A stretch of 64,000 bases of DNA from Veleropilina oligotropha (lineage: Eukaryota). The translations under genes were made by a program, and so were the position numbers. The stretch is taken from positions 434,001 through 498,000 of the forward strand of contig JBEUKZ010000060.1 in assembly GCA_048128005.1 (NCBI GenBank). Direction: 5' to 3'. Positions 13,795 to 26,600 of this stretch are shown here, one piece after another (within the stretch, counting starts at the first letter, position 1; every line of letters starts with the position of its first letter). The notes beneath the pieces are model-generated. The model was not told the origin of the DNA. It was given only the letters and a program-made list of their open reading frames with translations, and did no database searches.

Positions 13795-14135
13795 CTGAGC
13801 TCGTCGCGAGCGCCGGCAACCCTAGGGCCGCGGCTTCCCTCTCCCGCTCTGACGGGATTTCGTCGGAGGTGTTTTCTTCGCGACAGGTTTATTGGCCTGA
13901 GAAGGCCGACCCGGCGAAGGTTTAACACGCTTGGAAGGCGTATGAGACCGGGACGGTCTCGAGCGCTTCCTAGAGGTAGCAGTCGGCGTGCTCCGAGGAG
14001 TAGCCAAGACTGCCTTCTCGATTGCGCGATCCTTGAGGTCAGCCGCTCGCTTCTCGACAAATTCGGGGAATTTGTCTCCGAAGAGAGTAGAGGCCGACAA
14101 CGGTACACAACGTAGAGACTGCCGGGTGGCGTCAT
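11748..14135 (-). CDS. DIRS pol: reverse transcriptase + RNase H + adenine-methyltransferase-like domain (copy 1)
   Basis: LPFGL, YLDD, FTDAS, HINFLEL, TDNTT, NVRADTLSR, VDLFA and YAFPP motifs. Confidence 0.96.
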   Translation of the reverse strand: MTPPGSLYVVYRCRPLLSSETNSPNLSRSERLTSRIAQSRRQSWLLLGARRLLPLGSARDRPGLIRLPSVLNLRRVGLLRPINLSRRKHLRRNPVRAGEGSRGPRVAGARDELSCTLPPVGACLLEYSLSWLEMTEDNWVHSVVSAGYKLAFDRHPTLDATPPPGRARLLIGEKQAVLDQAVRDLLSKRAIYPAPPSTPGYYSHFFLVPKPDGRWRPILDLSFLNQYLRTEKFKQETLSKIRTAIRPGDWAASIDLTDAYLHVPMHISAHRYLRFVHGGTIYQFRCLPFGLSSAPYVFTRVVQALGAFLHSRGHRVHMYLDDWLILGASRDQCLQSMSVTLSSAKRLGLQINNDKSCFVPSTTFIFLGVEFDTVRYTAKPTQKRIENLRAVILETKSSRITTARRLATVLGHIESVAPLLPTGRMDKRPLQQAFKDRWIQRTGQWTDRIDLRHWFNRTTAVWLNTSLPSQSVPISPPEPNAYLFTDASNEGWGGHFDSHETSGLWPTDLQGRHINFLELEAVYLSVQSLSSHLRNKHIMLATDNTTVVAYIQHQGGTRSRPLCDRAIDLHRLVMSLNSSIRARHIPGKLNVRADTLSRKTQIIHTEWTLHARVARDVCRLWSTPQVDLFATEFNHRLPLYVSPYPDPAAIAVDALSMRWENLIAYAFPPSCMLAQVLRKATREDCELTLIAPLQRTQSWFPTLLDLLIDQPRALPQMADLLSQPRSRVLHPSANEFHFHAWRLSRDRSLRRAFLERQPSAFTDLEDNLRQGYMTTDGKSLWIGVAGGKSIYSAPL

Positions 14136-16041
14136 CTAGCGTGGTGCCGTCTAGGCAAGCGTCTCTACGAAGTAGGACAGCATTGCCTAAGGATCGGGCT
14201 GACTCCGACGCGGAGTGCTCCGTGGAGGCGGCAACCTCTTCGAGAAAGGACAGTGCGATCTCACGAGCGCGGGGTCCGTTCTCTTGTAGTACGGTAATGG
14301 CTCCGTCTAGGAAAAAATCCTGGATAGAGGCATGCCGTAGAGCCCGACGAGCGGAGCTCTCAAAGCCCTCCATGGCGACCCATGGGACTTTGACCACTGA
14401 GGGAGCTGTGCTGGCCGACAGTCGACGCATCGCTGCATCGATCTGAACCGGCTCAGTCTCCAGACACGCCCCAGAGCATCCGATCGAAATCGGACGCTTA
14501 CCGGGTCGGAGGTACTTCCCTTTACGGAGACCACGAGGGTACTCTGTTAATGAGGAAGTCTCCACCGATTTGGGTCCCTGAATGGATTTGGTCGCCGAGT
14601 CGAGGACGAGCGAGACCAACCCAGACTGGGGTAGGGTAGGAAGCAGGGGGGCTTCCGGCCCATCAAATCGACGTGCCGCTGTCCTGTGCCTGACGAAGCC
14701 TACCGGCAGAGCCGGGTCGGGCAAGTCTAGCACCCCGCGAAGCGACGCGACAGCGTCGTATCTTCTGCGGGTGGCGGAGATGGTCTCATGCGTGCCCGAC
14801 TGACTACAAGAGTCGTCCGGTCCGACCGATTCAGGGAGGTCAGAGTGAGTGGAAGCACTGTCCTCGTCGGAACGAGGATCGACTTCCATCACCGAAGCAT
14901 GAGCCGAGCCCGGCGTTACGGTCAGAGACGTTGGGACCTGGGGCGGCTGGGTAGCCGGTTGCCAGGACCTACAACGTGCCTCGACTTCCATCGCAATCAT
15001 TGCCTGGACGCTCTCAAGAGAGAAACCCGGAGGCATGACGGACGTCGGACCAACAGCCATTGGTCCGCTCGAGGTTACCGTAGCGCATGGGGGACGGGCT
15101 GCACGGACAGGTGGAGCCGAGTACCAGGGACTCGGGTTACCTGTCGGGAAACCGCTACCATGGAAACGGCCCGGAGGCGCGTTAAACGGAGCGAGCGACC
15201 CGTAAGACTGCGACCACAGTCCATACGGGTCTGTAACCCTGCTCGGGTGAGGCACGGGGGTATACCCGCCGTACGCCTCAGCCCCGAACGCAGCCGATCC
15301 TACCACACCACCCGGGACGTCTCGAAAAGAACCGTCAGAGGAGGTTGGCCTTCCATCACTCTCGTGGGCTCCGACAGCGGCGATATTAGCCTTTAAGCTA
15401 GCGCCATTGTCGGACGAGAGGACGGGTTGCGTCGAGCGTCTGGGACTTCGACCACGGTCGTGGTGCCCAGCAACTGTATCGACTTTTTCTGCTAGTCTCC
15501 TTCGCCTCTTGTCAGAGGTTACTTGACTCACAGAAGGACTAACGCTGCCTTGCTCCTCCGAGGCCGGAGGAGAGGTAAGGTTTTGTCTGCCCTGTACAGC
15601 TTTTCGCCGCGGCGCTCGATGTATCTCACTGGCCGGCAAGATACTTTGAGCAGCGGTTACTAGGCCCAAAGGAGAGGTATCGGTCGGAACTCGGTCCCTT
15701 ACCTGAATCTGAGATCCCGACGATTCCGGGACTTTCCCCAAAGTCTCGGAGGTGTCGTCGGGCCCACCACGGCTACCATCAAGAGGGTCTGAAAGAGAAA
15801 GTGAAGGGTTAAAACCTGTCTCTAGCCTCTGGAGCTTCTCGGTGGATGCCCCCTCGGAAGAAGATACCCTGGTTGTCTTCTCCGAAGGGAAAAGAGTCTC
15901 CCACTGCCGACTCGTCAGTGTTACGCAATGCCCACATGGATGGTCCTTATCGCTAGAACATACACGGTGAAAAGTGCATTCGGAGTGCTTGTCAAAACCA
16001 CGGATTTTCTGTCGGCACTCGGAAACACTGCAATGCTTCAT
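13822..16041 (-). CDS. DIRS gag-like ORF1 with N-terminal Cys/His finger (copy 1)
   Basis: ATG at 16041; C-x4-C..DxHxxCxxH..C..CxxC..W finger; LLRRDA motif; position upstream of pol. Confidence 0.9.
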   Translation of the reverse strand: MKHCSVSECRQKIRGFDKHSECTFHRVCSSDKDHPCGHCVTLTSRQWETLFPSEKTTRVSSSEGASTEKLQRLETGFNPSLSLSDPLDGSRGGPDDTSETLGKVPESSGSQIQVRDRVPTDTSPLGLVTAAQSILPASEIHRAPRRKAVQGRQNLTSPPASEEQGSVSPSVSQVTSDKRRRRLAEKVDTVAGHHDRGRSPRRSTQPVLSSDNGASLKANIAAVGAHESDGRPTSSDGSFRDVPGGVVGSAAFGAEAYGGYTPVPHPSRVTDPYGLWSQSYGSLAPFNAPPGRFHGSGFPTGNPSPWYSAPPVRAARPPCATVTSSGPMAVGPTSVMPPGFSLESVQAMIAMEVEARCRSWQPATQPPQVPTSLTVTPGSAHASVMEVDPRSDEDSASTHSDLPESVGPDDSCSQSGTHETISATRRRYDAVASLRGVLDLPDPALPVGFVRHRTAARRFDGPEAPLLPTLPQSGLVSLVLDSATKSIQGPKSVETSSLTEYPRGLRKGKYLRPGKRPISIGCSGACLETEPVQIDAAMRRLSASTAPSVVKVPWVAMEGFESSARRALRHASIQDFFLDGAITVLQENGPRAREIALSFLEEVAASTEHSASESARSLGNAVLLRRDACLDGTTLDDATRQSLRCVPLSASTLFGDKFPEFVEKRAADLKDRAIEKAVLATPRSTPTATSRKRSRPSRSHTPSKRVKPSPGRPSQANKPVAKKTPPTKSRQSGRGKPRP

Positions 16042-17831
16042 AGCTACACACACGGGTAGGTAGGAGATAGGGTTTTTAAAGTGATAAGGATATTTCCCGG
16101 GTAGTTTACCAAATTACTACTACAACCTCGATTGTACCTGATCCGAGAGTAGGAAAAGGCTGAAATACGCTTAGAACTTACGGCGGATTATACGCCCAAA
16201 AACACCGACTTTATATTTTACTTTTTTAAAAACCAGTCGGTCAACGAATTGAGAAACGGGAGGTCTTTCTTTTTAAGAAACCGCCCTTTTACACCTAAAA
16301 ACCTCTTGGATGTATATATATCAATTTGTTAGAATTCGGCGTGCTATCCCCGATTTAGCAGATTTACCAAAATAACGCTAGTTAAATTCTAAATAATCTG
16401 CTTTTCAACGACGATAAATTTATTACATAAATTTATAGCAAGAAAAAAGTCGTTGAGGAATTATCGTATATATAAATGAAATGCAATGCAAATTCAAGCA
16501 ATATCAATAATCAACTCTCTTATCCTGACTCCGTAGTTATTGCTAGGGAGCTTCCTTCTTTAAATATCCCTCTGAGCGGCCTCTTTTCTGTCTTTTCAGA
16601 ATTCCAAGATGGCGTCGTCAATGGAGGGTGTCGATTTCGTTTTTGTCCTCTTGAAGACAGGAAAACTTCTAAGAAGGCGTCTTATTCAGGAAGAGACTCT
16701 CGACTTTCCACTAAACGTGTTCACAACACTATACTAGACCTTATGAGCTGATAGATTATTAAAATCGAGCTCAAAAAAGATCGAAAAATCACAAAGATTG
16801 TGGAGCAAAGCAAAACGCGACTTGTTCAATCGAGCGGAAAACTTCGGATGAGGTCTTGACCCTTGGTCAAGAAGATCTCGCGGGAGTTGGCGAGCTCTTA
16901 CTGGACATGAACTGGAGGAGGTCGAGCAGGTCAGGGGGTCAGCTGGGTTCAATTTACTAAAAGAAGTGCAAATTACCATTTCCACCTTGTCCGGATTTAG
17001 CGATAATAGGCTTATTATGGCATTAGTAAGGACGTAAGTATATTTGATATAGATATATACATATGGCCACTCTGAATCAAATGCCGCAAATTTCAGGTCT
17101 GAACGCCACGTATGTCTCGAGTTCTGGATTTTTCAAAGACAATGTGGCGGCCATTTTGTTGGTCTTTCGAATTTTTTAATTATCCTAATTTAAAATATGT
17201 AAGCTCTAGCATCAATATTAACCGAGTTGGCCGTTTCCTGACCATTTTCTGGCAAACATGTCTTTTTCCTTAATTAGGTCATTTTCCGCAATGTAGGTCA
17301 ATTGAGGTCAAAGGTCAAGGTCACATTTGGAAGATCAACCATGACTTCCCATAGTAACCATGTGTCCGCGGTATCCTTTTTGATATATTGCCATTTGAAA
17401 CAAATGCTCTGATGGCCGCCGAGGCACTTCCTGCTTTTCAATTTTATCTGGCAAATCGAAAATTCCAATTAGCAAACGTAACTTAGCATATGCACTAATA
17501 CGTCTGCGATGTTTGAACAGTCTAGTCAAAGCAGAATAAGAATTATGGCAAATTTAAATTTGTCACGGAAATTTAACTTTTTTTCGGAAAATTGTTTTAA
17601 TGCTAATTTAAAATATCTAAGATCTAGTATCAATAGTTGGCCATTTCGTGGCTACCCATACCTGACCATTTCTGCATTTTTGTAGTGCGGAATCCCTTTA
17701 AGCAGTGGATCCTGATATCAGCATATATTGTTACATGGTGACATTGATATATACCTAACGACCATTGGATTGACATGTGATGGCGGAATGTGCTACCGTG
17801 TTTAATTCAGTTGTCAAGCAACTGTGAATGA

Positions 17832-18087
17832 GGAGGAATTATGCTTAATGTCCTGTATATTTATAACATCGAGGTTCAAGGCAGGACATGTCCGTGTTAT
17901 CGCGGGAGGAAACCCCGGTCGCCGGGTAAACCCGCCCTCTTCGACCAGTCACGGACAACTGTGCTTCATAACTTGAACAAATGTGTGCTGCCTCAGCCGG
18001 GGGTCGATCCCACTACTGTTCGCGTCAGCGGAAACAAGCCAGTGAATTTAGAGTGGACACTCTACCCACTGCGCTACCGAAGCGGCC
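17832..18087 (-). mobile_element. tRNA-derived SINE, full length
   Basis: A/B-box-like head; 14-bp TSD gcaactgtgaatga at 17818-17831 and 18088-18101; same family as 22397-22661. Confidence 0.9.
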
Positions 18088-21000
18088 GCAACTGTGAATG
18101 ATGTTAATAAGTCTACAGTCAGAATAAAAAGAAGATAACCTTTGATGGTCAATCGATGATTCAAATTTCATGAAACTTGAAATTTGTATTAATTGTACAG
18201 ATATTAATCTTTGATTTTAAATTTCAACATGATGACACAATTATTAACTGTTTTATCAACGTTTTAAAATTAAAACTTTAATAAATTTAATATTATGGTT
18301 AAATTCGAGCAATTGTCAATATATTAGATACATATTCCATTAGAGCTATTTCATGAGAATGAAATGAATTATTTTGTCCGTAATTTCAACTAAAATTAAA
18401 GGAACGGCAGCCGTTTTAAATTTTAAAATTGAAATTGTCATGCATGTATGCTGACAGCTTTTCGTTCACAAAACAGTATAAAGATGCTATGACGTCGGCA
18501 CCTGTCGATATTCACTCCACATGGACCAACAAGTAACGAGGAAATGGCATTTTAAGTATTTTAATAAATTTAATATTCTGACGTAACCACAAGTCACATC
18601 AACGATCTCTTTGCGGCAAACAGAACTTACCGTGGGCAGCCTCCCTCAGCGAAAGTTACATAGAATAGTTACAATGGAATAAGAGCTATCATCGATTTAA
18701 AAAGTGTTGAAAAAACCCAGTGTTTTCGCAATATTCGGACGCCCGCAGCGGTCTCCATTTGCGACCGATCGCTTTTTCGCTTGCAATTTAAACTCGCCTT
18801 AATACGTCAATCATATCTGGAAAGTCTTGCCACGCTGTCATTAGCGGTTTTTGGGAAGAAGATTTTTTAAAACTTTTACTAAATTCAAGATGGCAGCCGA
18901 ACACCATGTACTACTGGGTCAAATTTTTGCGCCGCACTGCTTTGCTCGTGGACCAACGTAATGTGAATGTTTCAGACCCCTGGCTAATGCTGTTTTTAAG
19001 TTACTTCTGGAAGGAAAAACATGGCATAATAATAATAAACGGAACAAAATCAATAGGTCTTCAAGACTTCATAAGCTTTGAAGCCCTAATAAACGGAAGG
19101 TCTTCAGAACTCACAAGGCTTGAAGCCCTAATAATAATAATGGACATTTACATTGCGTTGTATCCGCCCACGAATGCATGCTCACAGCGCTATCGCATAA
19201 TTACCCCTCAGGCTGGTTATCAGCCTGTTCTGATCTAGAACACATCTCATCTTTTCTGGAATACTACAAGTCCTGCTATGATCACCAAAATTGGACAACA
19301 ACTTTGTTTTAGGGTGCCCATTACATATCGGTGCTGCCCTCGCTTTCTGTCCGCTGCCCCTCGTGACCTTGACCTACTTTGGTATTTTTCACCATTTTCA
19401 ACGTTAAGTTTAGCATCAGTTTCTGGAATATTACAAGTTCTATGATCACCAAAATTGGACAACAACTTTGTTATAGAGTGCCCATTACATATCGGTGCTG
19501 CCCTTACAACCTTGACGTACGTTTTACGCGCAAATGATAATTTTCAACGCTAAGTTTTGCGTTTAGCTCAGTGTCTGGAATACGACAAGTCATATGATCA
19601 CCAAACTTGGACAACACTTTCTGTCCGCCACCTGAAGGAAGCGGGGGATATTGTTGTTGCTCTGTCCGTCAACAAATGACTTCGGTATTTTTCAACGTTA
19701 AGTTTTGCGTTTAGCTCAGTGTCTGGAATACTACAGGTCCTATGATCACCAAACTTGGACAACACTTTGTCTGCCGCTTGATGGAAGCGGGGATATTGTT
19801 GTTGTTCCGTCCGTATGGGCAAATTATATCGTAATTTTCCACCATCAGGTGGGACATATTGCTCAGTGGAGCTCTTGTTTTACATATTAAAATGATAATC
19901 AAAATACGAGACAGTGCAGTCAGGCATGTCATTAATACAATTCATTTACCGGTAACAGCTGTGTGAATATATTTATGATATGTGTGTATGTAGTGGCTTG
20001 TTGGCTGACAATCATGGCGTATTATATATGCAGATGATTTCCTAGGTGAATCACTGACAACTGACACCTGTTCCTTGCATTAGCATTGCCTGAAGGCTTG
20101 CTGCAATTTCCAATCCTGACTTTTCCTGCAACACGCACCTTTAATTTAACAGGTGACCTAGATGTCTGCCATGGCTCAGTGAGGTGTGATGTTCATTTCA
20201 TTGTCTCTGGCCAAGAGGTCGTAGACCTTTTTAAATGCTTCAGTTGAAACACAACATTCATGAAATTTAACAAAGTGTGTTAATAATATGGTTATGTGCA
20301 TAAGTAAAGTTGTTTGGTTGAATTAACATTTTAAATAGTCTGTTTGTTGTTAGCAAACAATAACGGCTCATTTGGTGCTCTTCATTGCAAATCAACTAAC
20401 TATTATTGTTAATTTAAAGATATTTTTTACTTATTTCGTTAAAACAATTGTAATATTATAATTACATGTATATGAGAAATTTTATATTTATCTGCAATTT
20501 GATATTTCTGAATAATTTTTGCTTCAAAAATTCTGCAAAGAGTAACTTTCATGCTGTGATGGTAAAAAATATTATTATAATTATATCATAATATATTCTT
20601 TTCAAAATTTTGTCAACTTTATATAAATACAATAAATTGAATAATTAACTCAGTGTCTGGAATACGACAAATCATGATCACCAAACTTTGTTCTCAAAGG
20701 TCATACTTCATGTACTTGAGATATTGACACTTGTTACGTAATAGATATATTTACATTTGCAACAAAAACAGAACAAAGCCTTTCTTGAGAGCTGATTCAA
20801 TGGGAAGCGCTGAAGAAGAACCATGGTTCTCAACGAGAACAAGTCCTCGTATAATTCTGCCTCAAATCTATAACACTAATAACACTCTCTCACTGTGTAA
20901 TGTTATGTTAACTAATAATTCCAGAGGTATTCTGAGGATCGTGAATTGATATTAGTACCTGAAGATACATCCAGTCACATATTCAAACTGCATGGTTATA

Positions 21001-21724
21001 TAAAACAAATCTTCAGGTGACAGGACAAATATGCATCGACCAGAATCTGACTTGTCAGAAAACACTGAATTAATACAACATGAAAAAGTCAAACAGGGTT
21101 GGTTGGAGAAAGCGCATTCACGGCTCATGTTCGAAGCGTACTCAGACTCAGAGAAGGATCCCAAACTGTTAGGACCAGAAAAGGCAGACAGCAGCCCTGT
21201 CGACTCAGGTATGTGGACGATGCAGGTCTTCCTCTGTTGTGATGCCTGGGTCCTTCCTGTTATAGGGACCTTAATTTTAACTATCCATAAAGTTGTAAAA
21301 ATATGTTGTTTTTGGCTCGCATGCAACGCAAATGCGAGTCTATGTAATGAGCATGTCATCTGGCTGTTCGTACGTCCGTCCAGCCGTCCGTCCGACCGGC
21401 GTCAACAATTGGTTCTCGGGTTAAAGTTTTTGGTTCAAGTTTCTCAATCATGCTATATAGGCAACAATATGCATGTTTTAACATTTTTAGATGCTAGATA
21501 TCACTATTTCGTCATTACCTCACACTAAATAAATAATATTGAAGGTAATTTCCTTCGAATTTCACCATAAAATGCTGCTTTTGGACTTAAAAGTTAAAGT
21601 TTTTGGTTAGAGATTCTCAATCATGCTATATAAGAAACAATATGCATGTTTTAGCATTACTATATGTTGGATATCACTATTTCATTGTTATCTGACCATA
21701 ATTGTGTCGTCACAAATGAAGCTA

Positions 21725-22720
21725 TTGGGGGGGGGGGGGCATATAGGAGTCTGTCTGTCGGTCTGTTGCAAATTCCCTTCCGCTTCATATCTATGATAAT
21801 ATTTTGTCTAGGGACACGAAACTTGATGTGTGGATGCGTCATAACTCAAAGGTGTGTCGCGTATGGAAAAGTATGGGGGGGGGGGGGGGGCATATAGGAG
21901 TCTGTCTGTCGGTCTGTTGCAAATTCCCTTCCGCTTCATATCTATGATAATATTTTGTCTAGGGACACGAAACTTGATGTGTGGATGCGTCATAACTCAA
22001 AGGTGTGTCGCGTATGGAAAATAGGTCACTGCGACCTACTTTTGCGCTTGATCGCACTTGGTCCAAAATTCCCTTCGCTCCATATCTCCCATACTATTTG
22101 ACCGAGGGACACGAAACTTGATGTGTGCATGCATCTTAACCCAAATGTGTCGCATACAAAAAGTAGGTCACCACGACCTACTTTTCATGCTTACATGCGT
22201 TTGGTCCAAAATTCCTTTCCACTTCATATCTCCCATGCTATTTGACCTAGGGACACGAAACTTGATGTGTGGATGCATCATAACCCAAAAGTGCGTCGCA
22301 CACCAAAAGTAGGTCTCACTGTGACCTATTTTACACCCTTGACCGCATTCGGTCCAAAATTCCCTTCCGCTCCATATCTCCCATGCTATTTGACCTGGCC
22401 GCTTCGGCAGCGCAGTGGGTAAGAGTGTCCACTCTAAATTCACTGGCTTGATTCCGCTAATGCGAACAGTAGTGGGTTCAATACCTGGCTGAGGCATTGA
22501 CATTTGTTCAAGTTATGAATCACAGTTGTCCGCGACTGACCGAAGAGGGCGGGTTTACCCGGGCGACCGGGGTTTCCTCCCGCAATAACACAGACATGTC
22601 CTGCCTTGAACCTCGATGTTGTAAATATACAGGACATTAAGCATCATTCCCACCTACCTACCTATTTGACCTAGGGACACGAATCTTGATGTGTGCATGC
22701 ACCTTAACCCAGAGATGTGT
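21725..22720 (+). repeat. Tandem repeat array (~120-150-bp units), with a near-perfect ~150-bp duplication starting at G-runs
   Basis: agggacacgaa(a/t)cttgatgtgt recurs five times. Confidence 0.8.
22397..22661 (+). mobile_element. tRNA-derived SINE, full length, inserted in a tandem repeat
   Basis: A box ggcagcgcagtgg, B box ggttcaatacc, central ggtttcctccc; 11-bp TSD ctatttgacct at 22386-22396 and 22662-22672. Confidence 0.9.
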
Positions 22721-24150
22721 CGCAAGATGCTCGTAGAAATACCTGCGAGCTAGTACTAGCTTTCTGCGAGCTCGCGACGAGTTAAATATGCTCGTACTAG
22801 CTAGTTGCGAGCTAGTTACGAGCATGCATTTTTGTTTGGGAATGGAAGCATTATTCAATGCAACATGTTTACCGCGACGTCACTCAACAACTTATATTAT
22901 TTGCGAGAGTTTGTATAGAGCCAATCTATTGCCATTAGCCAGTAATACAAATATATACATAGGACATGGGGCTAAATAAGCCAATAAATAATTGGTAATG
23001 TAAATGCTAAAGTGTTAAACAATAACCGGATAACCCATTAGGTACCTCTAATTTAATTTATCATTATTATTTATTTGAATGGGTCTTGCTGTTGATTGAA
23101 AATATCCAAAGGCTGCCCCAAGAGACCATTGTTCTATGAATGGCTGCTGACCAGGACAACCTGGAAAGTCCTGTATGTTTATTGTTGTTCGGAAATGTCC
23201 TAGAAAATCATGGAATTTACGGATGATGTCATGAAATATAATGAGCGATGGTTCTCGATGGTTCAACTGCTACCGAGTTGAAAAAATGTTAAGAGGAAAA
23301 GTTGGATACACGTTCAATTCCCACATTGTTGGTGTGGCTTCTAACGGTTTTTAAAACGAATACAAGGGGTGGCTTAGAAACCTGTTAGCCGTCCTTCGAA
23401 GGAAACTTTAAATCGAAGTTTCAACTACAAACACGACTGCAAAATTGCTAGTATGTGGGCTGTAAAACTACACTGATTCAAATAACAATATAGACCAGTG
23501 AAAAGGAGAAGCGGCAGATCTTATCGGTTTGACGTCATAACAGAACAGATAAAAAGCCAAATTACACGTTTTTCTCCCGCAATAATATTGACGTGTTATG
23601 CTTTGAACCTAATGGTTAGAAATATACAGGACATAAAGCGTCGATCCTGTCCTTTTTCATTTTCTTTCCAGAATGCTCCAGTGTTTATGGATATCACCGC
23701 TCAGTGAATATCCAATCGATTCAGTCTTATCGATAAGAGAGTAGCTCACATAATTGCATTTCCATGTAATTAATAAACGAAGCATTGTAGTAAATTGCGC
23801 CGCCTCACAACAACATACACCGTCAAACCATGTAGAATAAATGCACTTACAGTTATAATTTTCAGAACAATATTATGCTAGGCCATTGATAAGGGAAAAT
23901 CAACAACAAATGGCTGTGATGTTAAGCATGATGCTGCTTTTTGAGAAGAGGATTTTCTTAGAAAGATTTGAACTCAACGATGCCTAGCAGGGATCAAAAT
24001 GGTATTGTAATCTTATAAAGGAAATTATGTATAAAATCGTATACAAAACTTTCTATAATTTGGGAATACATGTATTTTGCTTTGCTTGTATTTATGCATA
24101 CTAAGAACAAAATATCTTATCTAGTTGAACGCTGCCTATTTAATCTTTAT

Positions 24151-26390
24151 TTTTATGCCCCCACCAGGGGGGGCATTTAGATTTACCCTTGTCCGTCCGT
24201 CACGTCCTGAAAACCAGTATCGCGTGCAAGTAACTCCATTCTGATATAATCAGTGATCGGCCTGGCGATCGTCACTGTCGCCATTTGCGCATTTTTTTTA
24301 AAAGTGGCGACAAAATTTCAAATCCGGCTATTTTTTGGGGCGACGAAAAAGTGGCCCAAAAATGTACCGTAGTTGCATTATCAAGTTTCACACTGTAAAA
24401 AGTTCCTATGTTTCATAAATAATGTTGTTAACTACTCTTATTTGAGTCTTGTCAGACATACTTCAAGTAATAACAATATTAATGTTGAAGGCATTCTAAC
24501 TTGTATTTCATCAGAAATATATCGACCGCCATGTGCTCGTATTGGTCCAAAAACAACATATGGCAGAAATGTCGGCAGGGAGTAAAGATCCTTACGCAAC
24601 AATATATTGCTGTATTAAAAATGACACCATGGTGACATTTATCCATATTATCGATGTAATATATTGCAAAAATAAACATTTGTACATCCATTAATATTTA
24701 TTGTTCTTAGTTATTTTATAGTTATTCCGAAGTCAAAACTTAACGCATAATAAGCCCCCCCTTAGCATGCCATTTGACCCCGTACATGTCGCGATGTCAA
24801 ACCATTATTTGTTATTAAAGTCATCGAGTCGAGCTGCTTTTGTTGACTAAAACAATGTTATTTTTACTGACAATTTTGACGTAAGAAAATAAATATGGTC
24901 ATGATGGATCTAGGTTTGGTCTCCCAAGTTTGATGCGTGACATAATAACATTAATTGTGTGTGACCTGAAAGGTCAATCCAAAGTGAGTCGTTAACATTG
25001 AACAAGAAATGGCTGTTTCACACATTTCGTGCTGACTTTTAACTTTGAGCTGTTGTCCAATTAACAGAGATGTCGGATTGATAAAGTAATGGTGCTAATC
25101 TAATTCATACAAAAATACCAGCTTGTGAAAACAAATGTCCTTGAAATTAATCCTATCGGCCATTGATATCTTCGGGAGGCCTACAGACGTGATGTTTACT
25201 TTGGGCGTTATAATGTAATTGACAACTTAGACCAACCTCTCCATTGTTTGTTAAATGCATAAACATCTTTGTTTTTATTTTTAAACAAATAAACGATTTG
25301 CTATGTTTTCAGCATACTACTACTAGCTTGCATTACAATAATCCACGGTTACACAATGAACGATCACAATGACCTTTGACCCGATATGATTCATGGAGGC
25401 AGACAAAAACACGCGACACGGCATAAAACAACAACAACAACTTCGTTACAACAACAACTATAGTAATGCATAGCATTAATTCTGAACTTTTCCAGGTTTG
25501 TGGCAAATAAATGTTTATTGAGACAGTAAAATTACAATACACCTGTAAACTGTATTTTCGTATTGTAATTTGCAGGAAAATTACATGTGACCTAGGATAA
25601 TTAGGCTGTCTGTGAATGCGACTTTGGCAATCACAATCAGGAAAAATTCCAAATCCAACAAGAATATTTTTTGTCAAGATATCATCAAATAGTTTATTTT
25701 ATACCAACATGCCGAAAAAAATGTCTTGTTATTAACCGAAAATAACTATTTTGCTATCTTATTAACAGACATATTTTATACATGAATAATAGTAAACGGT
25801 TCTGTGTTTGACAATGTTATGCTAATAAGCGAAATATCTTAATAACAGGTACCGGTATCTTATTAAGTGGAATCTTCTGTAATACAATTGTGTACCATTT
25901 TCCCTTGATTTATATATTGTTTGCTATACCGATTAGTTCATATACTGTGGCTCCTAAAATTCGAAAGTGGCGAAAGAAAATTGAAAGTGGCGAATGTGGT
26001 GGTGAAACTATTTCAGAACCCAGGCCCATCCCTGTATAATTTCCATCTGCCTTCTTTGATTGACTTGATACTTCAACCACTTGCTGATCATCATTCATAC
26101 TTCCCTTCTGTGACGCACCCATGTCGCCCCCTATGAACAAGGTGAAGGTCAAATGACTTAGCTCTTCGGACAAGTAATTGCGTGCGAGTGACTCCATTCT
26201 GCTATAACATCCATCTGCCTTCATGGATTGACTTGATACTTCATACACTTGTTTATCATCATTCATACTTCCCTTCTGCGACTCACCCATGCCAGTAATT
26301 GTCTGTAAATAACTCCACAAAACGATCTTTACTGCCCCTATGTTCAAGGCTGCCAGTGGGGGCATTCATGTCCATTGGACACATTTCTAT
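24151..26390 (+). mobile_element. HINE-like element interrupted by the 24251-26034 insertion; same family as 33890-34510
   Basis: Shared head gggggcatttagatttacccttgtccgtc and tail ggggcatt..tgtccattggacacatttcta. Confidence 0.75.
24251..26034. mobile_element. Non-autonomous DNA transposon (hAT-like CAG termini) with a 6-bp TSD, inserted in a HINE-like element
   Basis: TIRs cagtgatcggcctgg / ccaggcccatccctg (13/15); TATAAT at 24245-24250 and 26035-26040; subterminal GGCGA/TCGCC repeats. Confidence 0.75.
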
Positions 26391-26600
26391 TTTGTAATCG
26401 CATCGCAAAAAAAGTAAGTGTTAATTAGATAGCATTAATAGTAGATATGACCATTTTGCGCAGCACTAAAATACGTGTAAAAATTGATGCTTTTGAGGAT
26501 CTGATGAGGCACATTTTTCACTTCAATTTCTACCTTGCTATATTTTCTGTTTTTATAGTATATTTCTAGTTAATCTTTGACATTAATCTCTCCATTTCAG

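Larger units (their letters stand above)
9655..17056 (-). mobile_element. DIRS1-type tyrosine-recombinase retrotransposon, family A copy 1 (apparently intact)
   Basis: ITRs ~9655-9896 and ~16839-17056; ICR 9961-10050; three open ORFs; ATAT at both ends. Confidence 0.97.

Noticed and set aside
13988..14446. 152-157-aa antisense ORFs over the gag 3' half in all three elements
   Set aside because: They sit in exact antisense codon register, have no recognisable motif and no shared start; best explained as a shadow of the GC-rich sense frame.
21725..22020. Perfect ~150-bp duplication as a functional unit
   Set aside because: It lies in a repeat element between long G-runs; slippage or an assembly artefact is more likely.
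22397..22500. tRNA gene
   Set aside because: A/B boxes are present but there is no proper cloverleaf; a TSD and multiple copies show it is a SINE head.
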